A stretch of DNA of 64,000 nt from an uncultured Fibrobacteria bacterium (GTDB lineage Bacteria > Fibrobacterota > Fibrobacteria > UBA11236), in the NCBI GenBank assembly GCA_963716395.1, contig OY970309.1, positions 832,001 to 896,000 of the forward strand, in the 5' to 3' direction. Positions 38,301 to 45,995 of this stretch are shown one piece after another; the stretch's first letter is position 1; each line of letters starts with the position of its first letter. Both the position numbers and the translations under genes were made by a program. The notes beneath the pieces were generated by a model. It did no database searches. It saw only the letters and a program-made list of their open reading frames with translations, and had not been told where the DNA came from.

Positions 38301-41300
38301 GCCGTACAAATCCACGGCCACGGCCGGTTGCCCGTGCTTTTCGCGCGCCTGCGCCAATTGCAATTGAAAATCCTTGTAGGTCGGATCCAACTGCACGAGG
38401 TGCTGCAGCGCCTTGACCCGCTTGTCTTCATTGCCAACATGCGCGTACAGCGCCTCCAAAGTATCGAGCACATACAGCGGACGGAGGGTGTGCTCCAGCC
38501 GCATTTCATAAAAGGGCAGCGCCTTGGCCCATTGGCCGGTGCGCCAGTAGGCTTGGGCGGCTTCGATTTCCACGTCGGTGCGGGCATCGGGTTGACGGGC
38601 GAAGAAGCGATCCCAGGCTGCGGCCGACGCCGGGTAATCGCCGTGATAGAATAGGCCGATGGCCAAGCCATGGGTTTCTTGCGGCAGAGGCGCGTGCGCA
38701 TCGAGAAAGCGGAACAGATCCAGACGCGCGGCGATCTCGGGCCGCGTGCGCAGGGTTTGGGCATAGGTGCGGGCATAGGTCAGGTTCTGCGGCTCCAGTT
38801 CCCAGGCCCGGCGGAACATGGCCGTGCCCATGTCGCCCAATTGCAGTTCGGCCCGCATCTTACCGAGCCGGAACCACAAAGTCGGATCTTTGGGGCGCAC
38901 CCGCACCAGGCGCGACAGCAATCGGTGCGCCTCGCGGTAATTCTTGTGCCCTTCGTACAGGTTGGCCAGGCGCTCCCAACAGTCGATACGGCGCGTGCTG
39001 TCGAGCAGGGCGATCTTTTCCAGGGTCACCAGATAGGTCGCCACCTCGTCGGGCCGGTTGTCCACCAGGGGCAGCATCATGCTGTAAGCGCGCAGTTCGT
39101 TGGGATGGGTCATGAGGCAGGCGCGCAAATGCTGCAAGGTCGAGGCCGTATCCCGCGCGTGCAGGTCGAGTTCGGCCAGCCGCAGCAAGGCGCCGGCGTC
39201 GTCCTCGTCCAGCGTCAACAGTTGCTCCAGCACGCCTCGGATAGCGTCATCGCTTTTTCCCGTGTTCTGATAGGCCATCACCTGCATTTGCAGGATTTCT
39301 TTGTCGAAATCGGGGTGCAGCTTGAAATAGCGCACCGACAGGTCGGCCACCAGCGGCCAGTTCTTGCCCTTGAAGCAGGTCACCAGCACGTCGCGGTTGC
39401 CGTACAACAGTTCCGGACGGAGCGCATCGACTAGGGCGTAGTTCCGGGTCGCGGCGTCCCATTGCTGCTTGAGCGCATACCCCTGGCCCAATTCGAATAA
39501 GAGATCGACGTTGGCCGTGTCTCGCCGGTTCAGGGCCGGGTTCTTGGCGAGGTTCACCAAGGCGTCGAAATGCTTGAGTATCTGCGTCTGGCCCTGGATG
39601 GTATGGGGCAACAGCGCCAGGTAAACGGGATTGTGCGGGCTTTGCTCCAAAGCCGCGATCAAATAGGCATAGGCCTTTTCGCGATCGCCGCGCTGCACGT
39701 ACAGGCGCGCCAATTCGTACTGGGCCTCATGCGCGCCGTGATCCAGGGTTTGGATTTCGGTGAGCATGTCGGTGGCGGTTTCTTTGCTCGCATGGGTTCG
39801 CAGCAAGGCGATCACCTTGTCGCGGATGGATTTGTTGGTGGGGTCCACGTACAACGCGCCTTGGTAGGCGTCCAGGGCGTAATCCCATTGGCCCAGGGCT
39901 TCGTAGGTCTGGCCCAGGCGCAGCGACAAATCGCGATCATTGGGATCGAGGCGGTGCAGCCCGGCCAGCGCGTCGGCCAGGCGTGCGCGATCGCGCACGG
40001 GATCGTACAGCGCGATGAGCCCGTGCCACGCGTCCGGATCGTCGGGATCGGCCTTGGCCCAGGCTTGGTACCAGGGAATCGCCAGATCTTTGCGGCCCAG
40101 CGAGCGGGCGATCTCCGCGGCCGGCTTCAAGAGATTCACATCGTCGGGCTTCTTCTGCAAAAGCGCCTGATAGACCGGCAGGGCGCCGGCGGTTTTTCCC
40201 AGCGCCTGGGCATAGGCGGTTTGCAGCTTGGTATCCTCGGGGTGTTGCGCCAGTCCCATCCGCAAGATGGAGACCAGATAGGGCGACTGGTGTTCCTGGG
40301 CCAGACGCAGCACCTTGGCGTACACCTCGGCATCTTTGGGGTGCACGCCCAACCAGGTGAAATAGGTCTTGTCGGCCGCGTCCCATTTTTCCTGCGCGGC
40401 CTGCAGATCGGCCAGCGGCTCCAGTAAATCGGAAGAGGATTGGGTCTCCTGCTCCAGAAAACCCTGGAAGCGTGCGAGGTTTTTGAAATCGCCCTTGGAA
40501 TGGTATTCCTGCACCAGCAGGATGCGCCCTTCGCGGTAGTCGGGGTTGTCCTTCACCAGGCGTTCCAGTTCGGCCGGATCGCCGCCCCGCAGGTAAAAGA
40601 TTTCAGCCTGCTGAAAGCGGTAGGCGCGGTCGGCGTCGGGAAACTGGGTCAACAGGTGTAAGGCGTCGAGCAGCGACACCGAATCGCGGCTTGCCTCGGC
40701 GGCGTCATGGTATTCCTTCAGGGCGACGCGATCCTCCGGGTGGCGAAAGCACCATAAAGAATAGTTGTGCGTGGCGTCGGCATGGCGGCCGGCCGCCTCC
40801 TGTTCGCGCGCCAGGCGCAGCAGGTAGTCGCCGTAGCCGTAATCCTCCTGCACCAGCTTTTCCAACACCTGGGTTTGGTCGGCGCGCTTGCCGGCGCGGG
40901 CATAGAGATCGGCCAGCAGCGACAGGGCGCGCAAATCATGCGGATCTTTGGCCGTGTGCGCCTCCAGGAGCCGGGCCGCCAGATCCGGGCGGCCGGTTTT
41001 CAGAAAGGCGAGGGCCGCCGTCGAGTCTTCGGCCGCCGCGGCCGGGTCGCGGGGCTCCACCGCCCGCCACGCCGCCGCCGAAGCGCCGACGTCGCCGGCC
41101 AGATAGCAGGCATGGGCATAGGCCAATTGCAGCGGCAGCGACTGCGGATCGCGTTGCAGCGCCAGGCGCAGAACGGGCACATTCGCGGCCAGGGCCGAAT
41201 CGCCCCGGAGGCCGCGCGCGAAGTCAAGTGCGTATTGGGAGTTGCCGGGTTCGAGGCGCCAGGCCTTTTCCAGGGCCTCGGGCGCGGCGTCGCGGCCCAG

Positions 41301-43316
41301 TTGTTGCAGAGCCATGCCGTAGCGATGCCAGAAGGCGGCGTCGTTGGGGAGCTGCGGTGCCAACTGGCCCATGATTTCCACGGCTTTGCCGGCGTCGCCG
41401 CTGGCCAGATAATGCGCGGCGATATCCATTTCGAACTCGGCGTGGCGCGCGGTATCGAGGCGCGAGAGGCGATCGAGCGAGGCCAGATAAGCGTCCTGCC
41501 GATCCTTGTGGTTCTTCGCCAACACGCGCACCATTTCCTGGCCGTCGGGATCGTCGGGATGGATATGGGTCCAAGCGTCGGCATGGGTGAAGGCCGCGGT
41601 CGAATCGCGGGCCTGAAGATCGAGCTTGGCCAGACGCAACAGCCATTCGTCGGCGGTGGGGTCCTGCGACATCAGGGCCGCGATGTCGCGGCGCTGGGCT
41701 TCCACGGGCGCCCCGAGGGCCGAAGCCGTTTCCACCTGCAGCCGCCGGACTTCAACGTCGTTGGGATGCCCCGCGAGATAGTTGTCGCACAATTGCAAGG
41801 TCAGGGGTGCGTTCTTGACGGCCTGCGCATCGAAAGGCGCGGACCGGATGCGCGCCAGGCGCACGGGATCGCGGCGCAAGAGTTCCTGCGCCGCCTCCAC
41901 GGCCAGCGCCGGTTTTTTGAACAGCGAGTACCCGCGACACAACAGGGCCAGCAGTTCGGGCGAGTTTTCGCCGCCGCGGTGCAGCGCTTCCAGGGCGGCG
42001 AAGTGTCGGGCGATTTGCGCCTCCTGCGTGATGACGGAGGGCAGCAAGGCCGTGTACTCGCGGCGATCGGGGCGGTTGCGCAGGGCGCGGTTCAGGTATT
42101 CGTAAGCTTGGGCCGTGTCGCCGCCGGCAAGATAAAGTTTGGCGATGCGGAATTGCAGGGCATCGTCGCGCGGATTTTTCTTTTCCGCCGCCACCAACGG
42201 CGGCAGCCAGGCTCCCGGATCCTTAGAGGCGCCCGCCAGCGCGGCCAGGCGATCCTTGGCTTCGTCCAGTCCCGGCGCGCGGCGCAGCGCTTCGGCATAG
42301 GCCGCCAGCGCCGAATCGGGTTGATGCAGGGCTTCGCGCAGCTTGCCCAATTCCAGCGCCGGCCGCGGGTCATGGGGAAGCAGCGGCAGGCATTGGGCAT
42401 AGAGTACGGCGCCGGCCGTGGGGTTCACCGCGGCCACCGCGGCCGCGGCCTGGAACAGAAAGGCGCCGTCGTTGAAATAGCCGGGCACGGCCTTTTGATA
42501 GGCCTCGGCGGCCAGGGCCGTGTTCTTCTGCGCGGCGTAGCACCCCGCCACATCGCGCCACACGGCCCGGTCCTCGGGGTGCACGCGCAGGTAACGCTGA
42601 CGATACTCCACGGCGTGGGCATCGGTCGGCGGATACAGGGCCGCGGCTTCCAGCCACAACGCCGGCAGGTCGGGTGACCCGGCTTTGAGATGGATCAAAT
42701 CCTCCAGCACGAGCCGTGCTTTTTCCGCATGCCCGGCCCCGGGCTTCCGGTATTCATCGCGCAGAAATTCCAAACCTTCCAGTGGAATGGGGTAGTGCTG
42801 GCGAAACCGTTCCCATTGGGCCGCGGCCTCGGCGCGGCGCCCGGCGTTCTGCAGGCTGAGACAATAGAGTTGCCAGGTGTCGCGCGCGCGCGCGGGATCG
42901 CCGCTGCGCGCCATGACCTCGGCGGCGCGGCGGTATTCTCCCAGCTCGTAGTAGCAGCGCGCCAGCGCGGCCAAGGCCTCGGCCGAAGGGCGGGCCAGGC
43001 GGCTCAATTGCAGGACCGCGTTCTCCCAATGCCGCAGGCGGGCATGCAGCAATCCCACCGCCTGCGCATATTCGGCGTTCTTGGGCGCTTGCAGCAGGCG
43101 CTGCTCGGCGTCGCTGAGCAGCGATTCCACCGCCGTATCAGGGAGGTTACTGTGAAGCGCGGCTTCGACCTGGGACACGAACGCCCGTTCGTTTCCGGCC
43201 GTGCGGGCGGCCTGGGCCGGCAGAGCCAGCAGGGTCAGGCCCAAGGCGGCCAGTCCCCAAGCGCGGGCCCGGGAGGACACTGGATTTCGTGGCGAGGAGC
43301 GGCGGAGTTTCGGCAT
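35355..43316 (-). CDS. Giant exported tetratricopeptide-repeat protein (~2650 aa)
   Basis: Signal peptide ending AQA; continuous TPR-like helical repeats with DP/NP turns. Confidence 0.88.
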   Translation of the reverse strand: MPKLRRSSPRNPVSSRARAWGLAALGLTLLALPAQAARTAGNERAFVSQVEAALHSNLPDTAVESLLSDAEQRLLQAPKNAEYAQAVGLLHARLRHWENAVLQLSRLARPSAEALAALARCYYELGEYRRAAEVMARSGDPARARDTWQLYCLSLQNAGRRAEAAAQWERFRQHYPIPLEGLEFLRDEYRKPGAGHAEKARLVLEDLIHLKAGSPDLPALWLEAAALYPPTDAHAVEYRQRYLRVHPEDRAVWRDVAGCYAAQKNTALAAEAYQKAVPGYFNDGAFLFQAAAAVAAVNPTAGAVLYAQCLPLLPHDPRPALELGKLREALHQPDSALAAYAEALRRAPGLDEAKDRLAALAGASKDPGAWLPPLVAAEKKNPRDDALQFRIAKLYLAGGDTAQAYEYLNRALRNRPDRREYTALLPSVITQEAQIARHFAALEALHRGGENSPELLALLCRGYSLFKKPALAVEAAQELLRRDPVRLARIRSAPFDAQAVKNAPLTLQLCDNYLAGHPNDVEVRRLQVETASALGAPVEAQRRDIAALMSQDPTADEWLLRLAKLDLQARDSTAAFTHADAWTHIHPDDPDGQEMVRVLAKNHKDRQDAYLASLDRLSRLDTARHAEFEMDIAAHYLASGDAGKAVEIMGQLAPQLPNDAAFWHRYGMALQQLGRDAAPEALEKAWRLEPGNSQYALDFARGLRGDSALAANVPVLRLALQRDPQSLPLQLAYAHACYLAGDVGASAAAWRAVEPRDPAAAAEDSTAALAFLKTGRPDLAARLLEAHTAKDPHDLRALSLLADLYARAGKRADQTQVLEKLVQEDYGYGDYLLRLAREQEAAGRHADATHNYSLWCFRHPEDRVALKEYHDAAEASRDSVSLLDALHLLTQFPDADRAYRFQQAEIFYLRGGDPAELERLVKDNPDYREGRILLVQEYHSKGDFKNLARFQGFLEQETQSSSDLLEPLADLQAAQEKWDAADKTYFTWLGVHPKDAEVYAKVLRLAQEHQSPYLVSILRMGLAQHPEDTKLQTAYAQALGKTAGALPVYQALLQKKPDDVNLLKPAAEIARSLGRKDLAIPWYQAWAKADPDDPDAWHGLIALYDPVRDRARLADALAGLHRLDPNDRDLSLRLGQTYEALGQWDYALDAYQGALYVDPTNKSIRDKVIALLRTHASKETATDMLTEIQTLDHGAHEAQYELARLYVQRGDREKAYAYLIAALEQSPHNPVYLALLPHTIQGQTQILKHFDALVNLAKNPALNRRDTANVDLLFELGQGYALKQQWDAATRNYALVDALRPELLYGNRDVLVTCFKGKNWPLVADLSVRYFKLHPDFDKEILQMQVMAYQNTGKSDDAIRGVLEQLLTLDEDDAGALLRLAELDLHARDTASTLQHLRACLMTHPNELRAYSMMLPLVDNRPDEVATYLVTLEKIALLDSTRRIDCWERLANLYEGHKNYREAHRLLSRLVRVRPKDPTLWFRLGKMRAELQLGDMGTAMFRRAWELEPQNLTYARTYAQTLRTRPEIAARLDLFRFLDAHAPLPQETHGLAIGLFYHGDYPASAAAWDRFFARQPDARTDVEIEAAQAYWRTGQWAKALPFYEMRLEHTLRPLYVLDTLEALYAHVGNEDKRVKALQHLVQLDPTYKDFQLQLAQAREKHGQPAVAVDLYGQWTARHPRDLPPLLSMRRLADSLRDTAALETALRDLVQLPKPQAAHICQLAELDYLQTGALEPLEHAVKIDPAFRRGKLILAREYYRRDEVPKLAAFEPELVAASATDPDLLELRADLYAYQNKAGAANTCYLNFLRHRRDVARSGDEAARAAFHDALEKSWSYAQATSASTLPELLELGNQVFPNDPRIAHALGSALGNTPKAVAFDAQWLAQHPEDAEMLPDAAETAGHLQDWPHARDWYGKWAEAQPANLPAWQGLLTAAEKLGDAPNQLRALQALADLQPDNAAASFALGSALVRQGEYERALEYLGPAADMQPGDKTYARAAQNALETLAESALKAGDRAKAAEWYAILLQRDPGHPKASLYVGLADAESQDFADAAPLLRKGLAQSTEPAAVRAEGYRDLGLCASALGNAEAAHASFVQALSLNPEDSVAAADNLDAVQTLNRLADLPSAYAAVIRTDSNNVDALGGLAGLRLAAGQNAEAVRLLRRLASLRPNDAAVFAQYGEALLALNRNDVALTALTKAYDLGDLRPEVVGDLVRLHRQAGTLDQAMPVLEEWLRQSPNDTAAAAFGAQLAERRRDWRQAEEMWALAVQAAPAQVAYNEGLARVYERLGEYQAAADLLEPQGAKLSGAGWVLLGDAYAATPDPDKALAAYRKAETAGAARAAVAAELRIDVAQKNVVAAQRLLAAHPETAGDPEVTAEQVHLDLLQHDLEKALALAQGMATAHPREARAQALRGEVLLARHQGAEALQACSDAAQLDTTLWAATQCTGMADLQLDRAEEARTVFFALGEKSDPHARALGLWGLGEVARHAGHEADAKDYWVQSLSLAPTAQGFADLSHLCLRLKQIEDAEVYAQRALEINSDFPDGIAALSETMVARSQEKDALDYVQDALRKNPGSCDLQREANQIQLERGDVQALAQSSDQARQVCPDDPMAWYYAGIAAAKTNDSKDAASHFAHYKALGGDPEKVPQGF

Positions 43317-43449
43317 AGCGGTTTTTCCCACCGCTATTATCCCACCGGTGTCAATAGCTGCGTAGCAAAAATGCGGACGGGCCGCCCTTCTCACCCCCGA
43401 AATGGGTGCATGGCCGATGGGGGCGCATTTTTGGAGTATAATCCGGGCG

Positions 43450-43704
43450 ATGGAAGCTCCCGAATCCCTGTTCGATCATCATCCCACCGAAGAAGAACTG
43501 CGCTATCTCTTTCTTTCCGGTACGACTCGCGAGGCTTATCTGGCTTCGCCTCGCGACGCCGAAACCGAATACGGGCATATTTACGCGCTGTACATGATTC
43601 GCGGCCGGCGCGACAAGGCCCTGGAATATCTGGAACGCATCCGCGATCCCAAGACGCATTTCGCGCCCAAGCCTCCGGACCCCTCGTCCAACGGCAAGGC
43701 CTGA
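43450..43704 (+). CDS. Small hypothetical protein (84 aa)
   Basis: Fills the gap between two minus-strand genes; plausible codon usage. Confidence 0.6.
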   Translation: MEAPESLFDHHPTEEELRYLFLSGTTREAYLASPRDAETEYGHIYALYMIRGRRDKALEYLERIRDPKTHFAPKPPDPSSNGKA

Positions 43705-43714
43705 CGGCCATTCA

Positions 43715-45028
43715 TTATTGCACCGCCACCGACAGCAAGCGGCCGTCCCCATCCCACACGGCGTGGTAATGTTGGCCGTTGCGGTCGGTGACGTCGGCGG
43801 TCAAGGCCCCGGCCTGCAGCGTGCCCGTCAGCGTGAGGGCCGTAGCATCCACGTAGTCCAGTTGCAGCGACACGGTTCCATCGCGCGGCGCAGTTCCCGA
43901 AGGCAGGGGTGTGGATGAAGTGAAGGAGAATACGGCGTTGCGCACATCGCCCAGGCGATAAGCCGCCGTGATCGAAAGAGCATAGGTGCTGTCGTCGGTT
44001 TTCCGATCCCAGGTGCCGCCCAAGGTCATGCGCGCCTGGGCCGCCGAAGAATCCAGTGTGTCGCCGGGCGCACCGAATTGGGTGAAGCGCGCCAGCACGG
44101 TGTCGTTGAGATCGAGATCGGGACCGCCCTGGGCATTGAAAAGCCCGAATTCCTGCCGGCCTCCGGTGGTCAGTTGGTTTTCACCCGACACGCCCAGCAC
44201 TTCGGCCGGAGTTTGGTAGCGCACCCGGCACTGCAACCGGATCGTGGAAAGCGCCACACCCGGTTGGCCGGGCGGATTCCAGGCACGGTAATCGAGTACC
44301 ACCAGGGAAGCACCGGCATTGTCGATGACCACGCTGTCGGAATCGACGCTGGCATACACCGCCGTGGCCAAGGTGTCGGCGCCCCGCATCTTCCACCAGC
44401 GCGCCGCATAATAGATGTTGTCGTTTTGCGTGTTGAAATCATTGTCGGGGCCCGGCCCTTGCAGCAAGTAGGCCTCTTGCTCCACGCCCGAGTCCACCGC
44501 CGCCACCCATACTTGGTTTTTGCAGACGCGTCCGGGCACGGCGGCGATGTTGCTGTCGCCGTCGGCATCTTCGGTGACTACGGAGTCGAAGGCACCGGAG
44601 CGGTACACGATGGCCGATTTCGCCCGGTAAATTACGCCTTGCCCGGGCGCCGTGCCCAGGCCGTACAAGGTGTCATGCGCCACCCCCAAGGTGTCGCCGA
44701 CGATGGGATCCACCAAGGTGGAATCGAAAGCCACCCTCCACGACCCCGACGCGGCCGCGCTTTTGGCCAAAGCGGTTTTGCCCGCGGCAATTTCCGTGGG
44801 GGCCACAAGTTTGGCGGCGGCCGGCGCGCCGAGAAAACCCTGCGCGTCCGCCGGAATGGTCGGCAAGGCCGCGGTTGGCTGGGCCTGACCGAGAAACCCG
44901 TCGACGCGGGCATAAACGCTGTTGGGAAAATCGTCGACGCCTGCGGTGGGGCTGTCGGTTCGGGTCAGGCAGCCGGCCAGCACGGCGGTGACGGCCGCAA
45001 CGGCCAGGCGGAAGCGGACTTTACGCAT
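43715..45028 (-). CDS. Lipoprotein (paralog of 33724..35091)
   Basis: Lipobox VLAG-C; AGVDDFPN after the lipid anchor; overlaps upstream regulator gene. Confidence 0.85.
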   Translation of the reverse strand: MRKVRFRLAVAAVTAVLAGCLTRTDSPTAGVDDFPNSVYARVDGFLGQAQPTAALPTIPADAQGFLGAPAAAKLVAPTEIAAGKTALAKSAAASGSWRVAFDSTLVDPIVGDTLGVAHDTLYGLGTAPGQGVIYRAKSAIVYRSGAFDSVVTEDADGDSNIAAVPGRVCKNQVWVAAVDSGVEQEAYLLQGPGPDNDFNTQNDNIYYAARWWKMRGADTLATAVYASVDSDSVVIDNAGASLVVLDYRAWNPPGQPGVALSTIRLQCRVRYQTPAEVLGVSGENQLTTGGRQEFGLFNAQGGPDLDLNDTVLARFTQFGAPGDTLDSSAAQARMTLGGTWDRKTDDSTYALSITAAYRLGDVRNAVFSFTSSTPLPSGTAPRDGTVSLQLDYVDATALTLTGTLQAGALTADVTDRNGQHYHAVWDGDGRLLSVAVQ

Positions 45029-45854
45029 GGGGTTTGGCCTCCGGCATGTGCGTGCGGGGAAAAAACTGGATGGAAAATTGCATCACGCGATCGGGATTTT
45101 CCTCCTGCTGGGCCAGGGCGAAAATTTCTTCGCGGAATGTTTCGAGGCGCCGCATAATTTCGGCGTACATCGCTTCGCCCACGGTGAGCAAACTGCTGCT
45201 GATATGGCGCTCGCGTTTGTCGAAGGCGAACAAGGCGTCGGCGGCCTGTACCACCCATTCGCGGTTCAGGCGCTTGACCAGATCGCCCAGCGAAGGCGGC
45301 GGCTCCTGGTTCTGGAACACCACGCGATAGCGGCCGTCACGTTCCTGCCGCACCAGGCCCCAGGCGCACAGCTCGCGCACGCATTTCTTGATCACCGGCA
45401 GGGCCACGGGCGGCCGCAGAAAACGCGCTAGTTTTTCATAATCGCCACGAAAATCACACACTTGAATCGCGGCCCGCAGCAGCGGGTAATGGAAGTCCTG
45501 GTAATATTTGCTGACGCCCGGATGCAAACGCACGAAGCTGCTGCGGTTGCGTCGGAACAGCATTTGATCGTACAGGCCCTGGCGTTCCGCCGGTTTTTTG
45601 CTTTGCCCGTAGGCCACCAGCAGGCGAAAGTATTCGGCCTCGTGCGGGCGTAATTCGAAGGCCCGAAGCATTTTTTCCACCGCCGCGTCGCTCAGGGTTC
45701 GGCGGCCTTTGAGTACATCGTTGAGAAAACCCGGATTGGCGAAACCGGCCAGGGCTGCGAAAGCGCGCTGCGAAAGCCCGGGGCGCGCGCGTTTCAGCGC
45801 GGCAAAGGCCGCGGCCAGATACTGGCGATAGTCTTCGAAGGAATAAACGTCCAT
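45021..45854 (-). CDS. TIGR02147-family protein (N-terminal HTH, DUF4423-like C-terminus)
   Basis: DYRQYL..SQRAFA..GF..FLNDVLKGRRTLS, YFRLLV, RHISS, terminal VMQFSIQFFP. Confidence 0.85.
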   Translation of the reverse strand: MDVYSFEDYRQYLAAAFAALKRARPGLSQRAFAALAGFANPGFLNDVLKGRRTLSDAAVEKMLRAFELRPHEAEYFRLLVAYGQSKKPAERQGLYDQMLFRRNRSSFVRLHPGVSKYYQDFHYPLLRAAIQVCDFRGDYEKLARFLRPPVALPVIKKCVRELCAWGLVRQERDGRYRVVFQNQEPPPSLGDLVKRLNREWVVQAADALFAFDKRERHISSSLLTVGEAMYAEIMRRLETFREEIFALAQQEENPDRVMQFSIQFFPRTHMPEAKPHA

Positions 45855-45995
45855 GGAAATCCGGCCCGACACCAGCATAATGGCTGCGGGCGTGCCTGTC
45901 AAATAAAAAACAAAAATTGATTACAAAGTCAGACTATATGTCCAGTAATATCTGATTTTAAATACTGATACCGAATTAAAGTGGAATTTAAATGA

